Source of the DNA: a virus
Lineage: Duplodnaviria > Caudoviricetes
Strand: one strand, 5' to 3'
Virus record (IMG/VR): IMGVR_UViG_3300037991_004042
Location: 1-62,172 of that record
Length of the DNA: 62,172 bases
A model generated the notes under the pieces. It did not search any database and was not told where the DNA came from. It saw only the letters and a program-made list of their open reading frames with translations. Shown here in pieces: positions 19,337 through 28,705 of the stretch (the first letter of the stretch is position 1; each line of letters opens with the position of its first letter). The translations under genes were made by a program, and so were the position numbers.

Positions 19337-22300
19337 TTACCTCTTTCCGAATTTATTGAATCTACCACGATTAAAGCCAAGACTGGCACCAGAAGATCTT
19401 CTAATCTTCTTTGACATTTTAGGAGCATTTCCATTCTCCATTGCCCGAACTTGAATAGCATCAAGAAGCCTTCCGTCTGCCATTACAGCAATATCTACTT
19501 GTGACCCTCCACCTTGGAAAGACGGTGGTGCAACTGATGGTGCTTGCAAAGATGAAGATATGTTATCAACGAATCCAGTTATGTTGCTTCCCATAGCCAT
19601 TAAAGATTGTCTCATTAATTCTGCTGGCTCTTGAGCAGCAATAACGAAGTCACCACTTGCAAATCTAGCAACAAGGCCATTTGTACCTGCTTTCAGCGGA
19701 TGCGGCGTGTCTCCGAATGTGTTTGTTTGTGCCATGCCGTCACTAAATAATTCTAACAGAGCATCGCCAAATGGCGATCTATTCTCTGCTCTCTCAGCCC
19801 TTCTCTCAGCCCTTAGTTTTGCCTTGGCGTTCTTTTCTTCTTGTGTTCTTGCAATCCCAAGACTCAATGCCTTTTTAATTCTGTCTATAGCATCTCTAAA
19901 GAACTTTCTGATTCCATTCACAAAGTTTACAGCAAAGTCTCTTGCTGCCCTTACTAGGGCAACAGGCAATTGTATGAATATTGCCTTAACAAGCCTAAAT
20001 GCAATTTCTGGAAGCTTGCGAATAATTAGAGCAACAAGTTCTATTACAATTCTAGGAAGTCTTGTAACAATTGCAATTATCAGATCTGGAAGAGCGGCGA
20101 TTAGTGCTTGAATTATATCCGGTATTGCTTCTACTATAACAACGATGAATTCAAGGGCACCCTCAACAAGTCCGCTTACAATTTCAGGAAGCCCATTGAG
20201 TAGAGCCGTGAGAACTCTTGGTATAGCATCTGCAAGAGAAATAAGTAACTGCGAAACTAGATTGCCGAGTGATCCTATAAGGTCTGGTAGTGCCGCCGCA
20301 ATAGAGGTCAGAAGATCCGGCAGCATGTCCGCTATAGCGGTAACTATATTTGAAACAATAGGGCCAAGATTATTTATTATACTTGTTAGGGACGCAAGTA
20401 AAGAGGTTATAATCTCTGGCAATTTTTGTATTAGAGTTACAGCAATCTCACCTATTGCAGTAAGTAAAGTATTTACTATTTCTGTCAAGGAGCCGATTAT
20501 CTCAGGCAGATTTGCAACTATTTGCTGGATAGCAGTTGTTATGAATCCGGAAATCGATGTTAGAAGATTGACCATCTTCTCAGAAACTTTATCAAAGAAC
20601 TCTGATGCAGCCTCACCAGAGACGCTACTTAATTGCTCGGTCAGCGTATCAAATACTGCTGTAAGCCCATCTACTATGGCTATAAAGAACTCTGGAAGAG
20701 CATCGGCAAGAGCAGTTACTATCTTCGGTATTTCACTGATAAATGTTTGAACAAGTTCAGGTATTTTATCTGCAATTGCCTGTAACACTGGCCCAGCAAC
20801 CTGCGCTATCAACTCTATTCTGTCAGTTATCTTATCTATAAAATCATTTGCAAATTGCTGTGCCTGTTCTGGACTTGCAAGCTCTCCTTGACCTTGAAGA
20901 GCCTGAGACGCTACATCAAATTCAGATTGAGTTATTTGACCTGCATCTAATTGTTCTTGTAGTGCCTTCTGTTTCTCAGCAGCATCTTCGGACAACTTTG
21001 TAAATGTTGTAAGCGAATCATTTATGATTTCAAATGGATTGAAGTTTGCGCCACCAGTAAGAAAGCTTAGGCCAGACTTTAGTTTATCCAGTGAAAGTTT
21101 TGATAATGCTACTGCTGCCTTTCCAGCCTGAACGCCTATAGCAGTAATCAACTTTACAGCATCTTTTGCGGCTGACTTAAGTTTTTCTAAGCTTAGAAAT
21201 GAAAGAGCAAAACCTTTTATATCTCCAGACCTTAATTTATTTAGGTCGTCTATTATGGTATCTATGCCTATTAAAGAGTCGAATCCTCTTCTGATAGCAC
21301 CAAGTGATTTTGCAATCTCTTTAAATCCAGAAGGTAATTTTTCTACTGTTTCCGCTATAAACTCTGCTGCTTCCTTTTGAGCAAATCTGAATCCAATTAA
21401 TGCTTTGGCAAATTTTATCCTAGAAGCATTTGAACTATTTTGAAATTCATCTAGTTTATCTAAATTCTTTCTAAGCTCATTAAAGCCTTGAACGAATGAA
21501 CTCTTTGATTCCTGCTCATATTTTGAATATGAATTTATTAGGCCATCAAGAATTTGGCTTTGAAGGTCTGCATTTTCTTCAAGAATTTCTGTTCCAATAG
21601 AAAATGTAGGCTTGTCTGGATCAAATCGGTCTGCGGTTACTTGCGCTGCGTCTTTCTGAAGTTGTTCTGCGGCTGCTAAAAAATCACTTAAAGAGTTTAT
21701 GTTTTCAACATTTACTTTGTTGAAGTTCTTTGCATATTCTTGATTAAGTTTATCAAGCTCTCTAGTAGCATTTACCGCTATTGCTCTTTGCGCTGCTGCC
21801 GCAACACGACTTCTTTGCTCAACTCTTTCATCTGACTCAGCTTGTAACCTTTCTTTGCTTTGAAGATAATCTGCTGCCGCTTCTCTAAGTTTATTATAAG
21901 ACTCTTCTTCAGTTATCTGTCGAGCATCAAATGCGTCTTGAATTGCTGCTGTCCTTTCCCTATATGCAATATCAAGCTTTTCTTGAACATCGGCTTCATT
22001 TACCAACTCTGCTCTCAGGAAAGCTGTAAATGCTTTTTTGGATGCGGCTATTTCCGCTTCGGAGACTTTCTCTACAGTCTCAACTGAATCAAGTCGCTTG
22101 GATCTAATCTGTTCTAATTGTTTTTCAAGCTCATTTAATTCTTCTTGGTTCCTGTTTGCTCTGTCTTGTGCAATCCTTTCAGCAAGTATCTGGTTTAGTT
22201 TTAATGTCTCTTCGTCGAACCTGCCTCTTAAAGCAAGTTCAGAAGTAAAGACAGTTTCAATTGCTTTGATTCTATCTTGCTCAGAGGCTACCGCTTGTTC

Positions 22301-25300
22301 ATTTTTATTACCAGAGGCCGCTAGGGTTGCAGCATCTATTTCTGCTTCTAGATCCAGACGATCTTGGAGGGCTGAATTTAATAACTCCAGAAGATCTACT
22401 TGCTCTGAAAGCCCCTCGTTGACTTCTTCAAGGGTATCTGCTCTTCCATCATTCAAGTCAATAGATTCTCTTGTAAGAGCTATTTCTCTTTCTAATTGCT
22501 GGCTAGAACTTGCTTCTGCTCTAACAAGAGACTTATATCTATCTCTAAGCTTTACATAAATAGCTTCTTGCTTCTCAACGGCTATGGTTCTTTCTTCAAC
22601 GAACCTCCTCATAACCTTTTCGGCAGTAGCGTTCTTTTGACTCGTTCTAACAGCCTCGTCCCTAGATTGAATTAATTCATCTAACTTTCTTCTTGCGACT
22701 TCTGAAGCAGATTTTGCTCTTCTTATTTCTTGCGTTCTCTGCTCTTCAACTTGTAGTAGTTGACCAGTAGTTGTTGTGGCAAGTTTAGTAATGGCATTTT
22801 GACTAAGTAGTGCCTCACCAAATACAGTTGTAACTTTTATAAGTTCGCCTCTTTCGAACTTTTCTCTTGCTTGAGCCTCAGTAAGTCGTTCAACTGCTCC
22901 TATTTCCTGCTGTATATTTCTAAATGTTGCCGCACTTACACTTGGATCAGTTCTTAGATTTTCTATAAGTTCTGTGCCAACATCTTTTGAAGTAACTTGT
23001 AAAGAAGTAATATTGCCGATTAGTGCATCTATTGATCTACCAAAGTCTTCAATTCCTTCTTTATTTGCTTTTATTGCAAGTGCTATTCTTCTCTGTTCTT
23101 CTATAAATTTAGATTGTGCAACACTTATAAGTGCAAAACTAGCTACAGCGGTTGTTATTGCTATTATTAAACCAACTGGCCCCGTTAAAGCCGCTGCAAA
23201 TGTTTTTATTGCAGCAGCCGCTCTTGGGGCTACCACCACCAAATTGCCCATTTTGCTTATCATGGTAGCAATAGCCGCTGTACCTGAAGTAAATGCTATA
23301 GAAGCCGCAGCAGCAGATAAAGCAAGCAAACTTTTTATTACAAGAGCAATTTCTGATCGCCATTCAAAAAGCTTTGCTATAATCTTTATAATGGACTCAA
23401 TGAGCAGTATGAGTGCAGCACCAAGTGCCTCACTATTATTTTCAATTGAACCTATAAACTGATCAGCCCGTGTACTTATAAGATTTTTAAGTCTACCAGC
23501 AAACCCTTCGATGGCTATGTTTAGATCTCTGAATACAGTTTGAAGTGATTCTAGTATTCTAATAATTGGATTGTCTTCGGAAGATACACCATCTAAAGTA
23601 AGTAAATCAAATATTCTTAGGAAGGTTTCTTCTATTACAGATTTTAAAATAGCTGTTTGACCACTGACGGTGTTGATCATTGCGTCATAAGTCTTATCAG
23701 TTGTACCAGCAGACTCTCTAAATTTATCCTGCAAGAAAGATAGCTTTGATGTACCTTCAGTAACATCCTTCAGTATCTTTGCGAAAGAACCAGCAGCACG
23801 AATACTTACAAGCTCTTTAATTGCTGGGAGGTCATCTCCAATACCAGTGTCCGCAAGAGTTTCAAGAATCTCTTGAAAGGTATTTATTTTTGGATTTACA
23901 TCATCAAGACTTAATCCATACTGCTCTAAGACTTTTTGGGCCTTTTTTGTTGGAGCAGAAAGCCTTACAAATGCCTGTCTGAACTGTGTACCAGCAGTAG
24001 AGCCCTCCAAGCCTAAGTCTCTGAAGAGTGCAACCATTGCAACTGTCTCTTCAAAGCTTCTACCAAAAGATGCACCAACAGAACCAGCATAGCGCATTGC
24101 AACCTGAAGTGTCTCTACATTCAAAAGAGAGTTTTGTAATGCTGAAGTAAATGTGTCTACAACTCTTGTTGACTGAGAAGCGTTCAAACCAAACTGTGCC
24201 ATAGTTGCAGCAAGCAATGTGGTTGATGTTGTCATGTCGGTTGCGTTAGCACCTGCAAACTTTAATGCGTCATTTGAAGAGGCAATAATGTCTGAAGTCT
24301 GCATACCTGCACGAGCAAGCTCTTGCATGCCTCTTGCTGCCTCTGTAGCCGTAAATGCAGTTGTTTCACCTAGTAGTCTTGCTTGTTCCTCAAAAGGCTT
24401 TAGATCCGCTCCTGTCTGCCCTCTAATCGCTCCTAATGTTGTTACAGCTTGCTCAAAGTCAGCACCTATCTTTACCGTTGCGGCACCTAACGCAACCACG
24501 GCAAGTGTTGCAGCTTCTAATGCAAAAACAAGACCTGATGATATTCTATCGCCAATAGATGATATAGAACTATTAATACGACGGAAAGCATCGTTTTGCT
24601 GCTTCGCCATTCGAATAGTTTCTTGTGTGGCTTTTTTATGATTCCTAAGTCTTCGTCTTACTTCGACCGCTGCCGCTTTAGAGCTTTGTCTTCTTAGTCT
24701 TGCTTGCTCTTTTTCAGATCTTTGGGTCGCACGAACCTTTTCTCTTTCTGCCCTTACGGCCTCTCTTACAGCCTTTTTGGTTAGCCTCTCATGGAGTCTT
24801 GCAGCCTTTCTATTTGCTACCTCTAACTTTTTATCTACTTGTTGCTTAGTAAATAATTTAGCCTTTTCCGCATTCTTATCTGAAATTTTCTCTTTGGCTC
24901 TTAACCTTTCTTTTTCTCTTGCTTTTTTAAGCTCTATTTGCTGGTTTAGTCTAATAAATTGTCTTTTGATTCTAAGCTTCTCAGCTTCGTTTAATTTTAT
25001 CCCTTTCTTCTCAAGTGTTGCGATTGCTGCTGCTGTTCTTTTTGCTACATCCCTTCTTCTAAGGCTGGCGGCACCTTCCATTGCCATTGTATGCTTGATT
25101 GCATCATGACGAATCTGCCTTTTTAAATTTTCTGCGGCCTTCGCTATTTGAATTTCTCTTTTGGTTAAACCTTCTTTCTGCTTTGCAGCGGTTTTTTCAG
25201 CAGAGACTTCCCTCTTTATCCTTGTGATTTTCTTCTTTGATTGCTGCGCTTGCTTTTTATCATTAGCGTCTAGCATTCTTTGAAATGACGCAAAAAGAAG

Positions 25301-25378
25301 CTGTAAGGATTTTAGTGCCCTTTCAGCTTGTTTATTGTCTACATCTATCTTTATTGAAATGTCACTTGGTTTCGCCAT
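19337..25378 (-). CDS. Tail tape measure protein (TP901-type core)
   Basis: 2013 aa; LGETTAFTATEAARGMQELARAG...GLEGSTAGT core, coiled coils and amphipathic LP-x-(I/L) repeats. Confidence 0.95.
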   Translation of the reverse strand: MAKPSDISIKIDVDNKQAERALKSLQLLFASFQRMLDANDKKQAQQSKKKITRIKREVSAEKTAAKQKEGLTKREIQIAKAAENLKRQIRHDAIKHTMAMEGAASLRRRDVAKRTAAAIATLEKKGIKLNEAEKLRIKRQFIRLNQQIELKKAREKERLRAKEKISDKNAEKAKLFTKQQVDKKLEVANRKAARLHERLTKKAVREAVRAEREKVRATQRSEKEQARLRRQSSKAAAVEVRRRLRNHKKATQETIRMAKQQNDAFRRINSSISSIGDRISSGLVFALEAATLAVVALGAATVKIGADFEQAVTTLGAIRGQTGADLKPFEEQARLLGETTAFTATEAARGMQELARAGMQTSDIIASSNDALKFAGANATDMTTSTTLLAATMAQFGLNASQSTRVVDTFTSALQNSLLNVETLQVAMRYAGSVGASFGRSFEETVAMVALFRDLGLEGSTAGTQFRQAFVRLSAPTKKAQKVLEQYGLSLDDVNPKINTFQEILETLADTGIGDDLPAIKELVSIRAAGSFAKILKDVTEGTSKLSFLQDKFRESAGTTDKTYDAMINTVSGQTAILKSVIEETFLRIFDLLTLDGVSSEDNPIIRILESLQTVFRDLNIAIEGFAGRLKNLISTRADQFIGSIENNSEALGAALILLIESIIKIIAKLFEWRSEIALVIKSLLALSAAAASIAFTSGTAAIATMISKMGNLVVVAPRAAAAIKTFAAALTGPVGLIIAITTAVASFALISVAQSKFIEEQRRIALAIKANKEGIEDFGRSIDALIGNITSLQVTSKDVGTELIENLRTDPSVSAATFRNIQQEIGAVERLTEAQAREKFERGELIKVTTVFGEALLSQNAITKLATTTTGQLLQVEEQRTQEIRRAKSASEVARRKLDELIQSRDEAVRTSQKNATAEKVMRRFVEERTIAVEKQEAIYVKLRDRYKSLVRAEASSSQQLEREIALTRESIDLNDGRADTLEEVNEGLSEQVDLLELLNSALQDRLDLEAEIDAATLAASGNKNEQAVASEQDRIKAIETVFTSELALRGRFDEETLKLNQILAERIAQDRANRNQEELNELEKQLEQIRSKRLDSVETVEKVSEAEIAASKKAFTAFLRAELVNEADVQEKLDIAYRERTAAIQDAFDARQITEEESYNKLREAAADYLQSKERLQAESDERVEQRSRVAAAAQRAIAVNATRELDKLNQEYAKNFNKVNVENINSLSDFLAAAEQLQKDAAQVTADRFDPDKPTFSIGTEILEENADLQSQILDGLINSYSKYEQESKSSFVQGFNELRKNLDKLDEFQNSSNASRIKFAKALIGFRFAQKEAAEFIAETVEKLPSGFKEIAKSLGAIRRGFDSLIGIDTIIDDLNKLRSGDIKGFALSFLSLEKLKSAAKDAVKLITAIGVQAGKAAVALSKLSLDKLKSGLSFLTGGANFNPFEIINDSLTTFTKLSEDAAEKQKALQEQLDAGQITQSEFDVASQALQGQGELASPEQAQQFANDFIDKITDRIELIAQVAGPVLQAIADKIPELVQTFISEIPKIVTALADALPEFFIAIVDGLTAVFDTLTEQLSSVSGEAASEFFDKVSEKMVNLLTSISGFITTAIQQIVANLPEIIGSLTEIVNTLLTAIGEIAVTLIQKLPEIITSLLASLTSIINNLGPIVSNIVTAIADMLPDLLTSIAAALPDLIGSLGNLVSQLLISLADAIPRVLTALLNGLPEIVSGLVEGALEFIVVIVEAIPDIIQALIAALPDLIIAIVTRLPRIVIELVALIIRKLPEIAFRLVKAIFIQLPVALVRAARDFAVNFVNGIRKFFRDAIDRIKKALSLGIARTQEEKNAKAKLRAERRAERAENRSPFGDALLELFSDGMAQTNTFGDTPHPLKAGTNGLVARFASGDFVIAAQEPAELMRQSLMAMGSNITGFVDNISSSLQAPSVAPPSFQGGGSQVDIAVMADGRLLDAIQVRAMENGNAPKMSKKIRRSSGASLGFNRGRFNKFGKR

Positions 25379-25394
25379 TACTATTACCTACAGT

Positions 25395-25796
25395 TTACGA
25401 AATTGGAATACCCAGCGATTTTATTTTACCTAAAAGCGCAGCATCTTTCTGTTCGGGTTTCAAGTTTTTAGACTTTGTAACAGAAGATGTTCTTTTTCTC
25501 TTCGACTTTTTGCCTCCAAGCGCAACAGAGATAGGTTCGAATACCATTTCTAACATTGCAACTTTGTGTCTGTATATACATCTACTTGATAATTCGATCT
25601 GATTCCAAGACAGATCAAGAACTTGTTCAATTGTATATCCAGAAGAAAAAAGGACTCCTAGCACCTCTTCCATGTTCTCAAATGCTTCTTTCTCAGATCT
25701 AGCTTGTCTGGCTTTCTTTTGCTTTTCGCTTAAGCCACGCTGCTTAGTGCTTGTATCGCCTGACCCGTCCTTCGAGCTAGGCGTATAAACAAAGGG
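25395..25796 (-). CDS. Tail assembly chaperone -1 frameshift extension (gpT-like)
   Basis: The -1 frame is open from the slippery site at 25790-25796 into the 25395..25673 ORF. Confidence 0.8.
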   Translation of the reverse strand, partial: PFVYTPSSKDGSGDTSTKQRGLSEKQKKARQARSEKEAFENMEEVLGVLFSSGYTIEQVLDLSWNQIELSSRCIYRHKVAMLEMVFEPISVALGGKKSKRKRTSSVTKSKNLKPEQKDAALLGKIKSLGIPIS

Positions 25797-26215
25797 ACGA
25801 TAGCCGCTGCCATCTCCTCAAGCGGGAAAAGGTCTGCCGCTGCAAACACATTGTCTTCAAAATCTACCTTGAGCTTTTTGGCTGCCTTCTTAGAGGCTTC
25901 TAATTCTTTTGGATATGTGTCTGCGAATACTCCACTGAGAATCCCCAATATTTCTTCATTAGAAGCAAGTGATACCAGCCCATTGATAAATCCATTTATA
26001 GACCCCTCTATTTCTATATCCGTTCCAAGTTCACGGATCTTGTCTATTTGCCGGAGTATCTTAATTTGTTTCCGAGCAGAGCACACACCAGATACAGTAA
26101 ATTTTTCTCCAAATATATTTGTAATCTCTATCTCTTCTGGTGGTACTAGAGTTTCTAGTATCCCTTGTATTGTTTGACTGGCTTCTTCAATTGAAAGTTT
26201 ATCTTCTTCAGACAT
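25730..26215 (-). CDS. Tail assembly chaperone (gpG-like)
   Basis: Between tail tube and tape measure; AGGAG RBS; C-CCT-TTG heptamer near the 3' end. Confidence 0.85.
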   Translation of the reverse strand: MSEEDKLSIEEASQTIQGILETLVPPEEIEITNIFGEKFTVSGVCSARKQIKILRQIDKIRELGTDIEIEGSINGFINGLVSLASNEEILGILSGVFADTYPKELEASKKAAKKLKVDFEDNVFAAADLFPLEEMAAAIVPLFIRLARRTGQAIQALSSVA

Positions 26216-26338
26216 TTTAATTCTCCTAAAACATATCTTGTTGGTTAGAGTGAACTTTGAATAATGGTATATTTTTTGGTTGTCATTATTTGAAATAATT
26301 GCTATTTATTTCTATCCGATGAACAAAGGACAATCAAC

Positions 26339-26746
26339 ATGAATTTTAAACAATATTTAGATCAGAAGTTAATTCAATTCAATGTCACCGAAGAAGAGTT
26401 TATTTCTCATATGCCAAAGTCATATAAAAAGCTTGCTGAAAATTGGTTTGCAGGAGTTTCAAAGCCAAACAAAAAAAGTAGATTTGAAATAAATTCAGTA
26501 TTCAGAAAATTATTTCTAATCGAAGTCATAAAGGTAAATGCAGATTTGAATCTGGAAAATAAAGTTCTTATAGAAATACTTACAGATTATTTTGTAGATC
26601 AGTATGAACTAGATCCGAAAGAACTTCATGAAATACACGCTTATGAGTGTCAGGTTGTAAATGACACAATTAAACGCATGGTTCTTGCATTCGATAAGAT
26701 TGAAGAAAATACAAACAACTTGTACAAATTCGAAGACTTGAAATAA
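26339..26746 (+). CDS. Hypothetical protein, possible N-terminal HTH; counter-oriented insertion
   Basis: AAGGA RBS; ENWFAGVSKPNKK resembles an XRE-type motif. Confidence 0.6.
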   Translation: MNFKQYLDQKLIQFNVTEEEFISHMPKSYKKLAENWFAGVSKPNKKSRFEINSVFRKLFLIEVIKVNADLNLENKVLIEILTDYFVDQYELDPKELHEIHAYECQVVNDTIKRMVLAFDKIEENTNNLYKFEDLK

Positions 26747-26757
26747 TTACTTTGGCG

Positions 26758-26789
26758 CAAAAAAAAGGGGTGCAGCCCGCACCCCTTTA
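26758..26789. terminator. Bidirectional intrinsic terminator
   Basis: A-run, GGGGTGC-agcc-c-GCACCCC, TTT; lies between convergent genes. Confidence 0.85.
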
Positions 26790-26807
26790 GAAACACCCAA
26801 ATTATCT

Positions 26808-27359
26808 TTACGATACTCTTTCGATTTTGAGAAGTTGTTGTTCTGCTGGAAGAGCAGCACCATCCCAGCTATCGCTGGCTCTCAGGAGATTGAATGAGAA
26901 TTCAAACTGGTGCTCATCTTGACCAAGAGGAATATTAAATCCGCTTTCAGATTGCGCCTTCCAAGCGTAAATGTTTAATGTGTTACCCGTAACCGCCATT
27001 TCATGTTCGATGTGAAGAGCAGTCAGGATGTTGATTGGATCGCCACCGAATGAAAATGTGCTAACACCACCGCCAGAGGTGGTCACACCAGCACCAAGTG
27101 CAAACTTAAAGTTGTCAAAGTCCCACTGAATACTCGTGAAGTTTACCATTACAGACTGAGTTTGAACAAAGCTGTATTCGATCAAAGCAGGGTTACCCTG
27201 AACGATGTTTTTCTTTTCACTTGTAAGTTCGATGTTTACACCATCTTCGCCGATGTAACCTACATCTGTAGTTGGTGTTGTTCCTGCTGCGCCCATAAAA
27301 ACACGGGCTGGGCCGAAAGAAATATTATTGGTTGAACCGGTAGGTATATTTAATGGCAT
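26808..27359 (-). CDS. Major tail (tube) protein
   Basis: NISFGPARVF...DVGYIGEDGV siphovirus tube pattern; position before the chaperone. Confidence 0.8.
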   Translation of the reverse strand: MPLNIPTGSTNNISFGPARVFMGAAGTTPTTDVGYIGEDGVNIELTSEKKNIVQGNPALIEYSFVQTQSVMVNFTSIQWDFDNFKFALGAGVTTSGGGVSTFSFGGDPINILTALHIEHEMAVTGNTLNIYAWKAQSESGFNIPLGQDEHQFEFSFNLLRASDSWDGAALPAEQQLLKIERVS

Positions 27360-27426
27360 TATTATCCCCTATTCTGAATATGTATATCATAGATAAATTA
27401 ATAGTTTAAGTTTTACAATAGTGTGA

Positions 27427-27735
27427 TCAAGAACTTGTTGTTTCGGGGGTATATCTTACCTCATTTAATTCGGAACATCCACGACACACTATTTTAATAT
27501 AACCATCTTTTCCAGCTTTCATCCAACAAAAGAAATCTCTATATCTAATTCTAAGCTCATCACTTACCGGATCATATATCCCAAGCCTGAATCCACACTT
27601 CTTGCAAGACCAGATTTTATCCATTGGGCTTATTTTTTCAGCTTCATCTATTCTGCTTTGATATATATCTACAAGTTGAGAAAGTTCATGCTCCATTCCC
27701 TTGACTTGTCTTTCTAACTTTTCTAATCTTTCCAT
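27427..27735 (-). CDS. Zn-ribbon protein (Mu Com-like) with N-terminal coiled coil
   Basis: WSCKKCGFRLG...IKIVCRGCSELN. Confidence 0.6.
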   Translation of the reverse strand: MERLEKLERQVKGMEHELSQLVDIYQSRIDEAEKISPMDKIWSCKKCGFRLGIYDPVSDELRIRYRDFFCWMKAGKDGYIKIVCRGCSELNEVRYTPETTSS

Positions 27736-27738
27736 TCT

Positions 27739-28149
27739 TTATCCCGCTGTATGCAGACAGAAGTGTCCACGTTTTGCCCAAGCCAAAATACCGTCAGACC
27801 AATCCTCGACTGGCCTTGATTCCTCATAACAGTATCCTTTCATAGATAGATTTGCATTCGACAATCGCTGAGACTGTAAAGCCTGATAAACCGCAGAATA
27901 TATTTGACTACATTCAGCAGTGCTAGATCTTGAATAGCAATAAATATCTAATTCCAATTTCTGAGTAGCCTTACCATGATTGGCATAGCCACCTTTATTT
28001 TCAACAATTATAAGTGGCATCTTTACATTTGCCGTTTCTAATTCATTAAAGTGCTGCGTGTATATTCTGTCCTCAACTATATCCGTGACAGAAGAACTGG
28101 ATAACAATTCAAGCCTTATAAGTTGTGACGCTATTCCTATTTCATTCAT
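27739..28149 (-). CDS. Tail terminator/completion protein (DUF3168-like)
   Basis: VTDIVEDRIY...MPLIIV...LELDIYC; position. Confidence 0.75.
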   Translation of the reverse strand: MNEIGIASQLIRLELLSSSSVTDIVEDRIYTQHFNELETANVKMPLIIVENKGGYANHGKATQKLELDIYCYSRSSTAECSQIYSAVYQALQSQRLSNANLSMKGYCYEESRPVEDWSDGILAWAKRGHFCLHTAG

Positions 28150-28688
28150 CTTCCGATCCTTAATATCTTACGAATATCTTTTTGGTTCAATACTGTTCCA
28201 GTATTCATTAAATGTTGAGTCATGAATTTTATTGTGTGTTGTCTATTTGTTTTAGAAAGAACTTCATTTATTACATCTCTTCCCAACATGAACTTCGTTC
28301 CTTTGACAACATGTTTAACATATGCTGGAGAATCTTTTTTGAAGAATACATACAAGGTTTGCTGACTTCCCATCTTAGAAGAAACTACTTTAAAATCTAG
28401 AGACTCTGCAAGCTTACCAGTTCTTGTCATTATCTGATAACTTTTCAATCCACCAAGCTTAGAAGTTTGAATACTGCCGTGCTTTTTTGCATATGGATGG
28501 CCCAGTGCCCTGAGTCTGCCCAGAGGAATGGCTGGCTTGGTAATATCTTGAAGGACTCTCCTATATAAAATATTACCAAGCCTTTCCATTTGAATTTTGG
28601 ATTGCCGTCTCTTTTCTTTTCTAAGCTTAGAGACGGCACCAGCCTTTACTCGACCACGCTTTGTGATAGTTTTAATCTTGTAAGGCAT
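28146..28688 (-). CDS. Neck/tail completion protein (HK97 gp10-like)
   Basis: Basic protein with RTGKLAESL and YVKHVVKGTKFMLGR motifs. Confidence 0.7.
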   Translation of the reverse strand: MPYKIKTITKRGRVKAGAVSKLRKEKRRQSKIQMERLGNILYRRVLQDITKPAIPLGRLRALGHPYAKKHGSIQTSKLGGLKSYQIMTRTGKLAESLDFKVVSSKMGSQQTLYVFFKKDSPAYVKHVVKGTKFMLGRDVINEVLSKTNRQHTIKFMTQHLMNTGTVLNQKDIRKILRIGR

Positions 28689-28705
28689 ATTTATATCCAG
28701 ATAAA

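Noticed and set aside
19707-25109. Several + strand ORFs opposite the tape measure gene
   Set aside because: Antisense shadows of repetitive coding sequence with no recognisable motifs.
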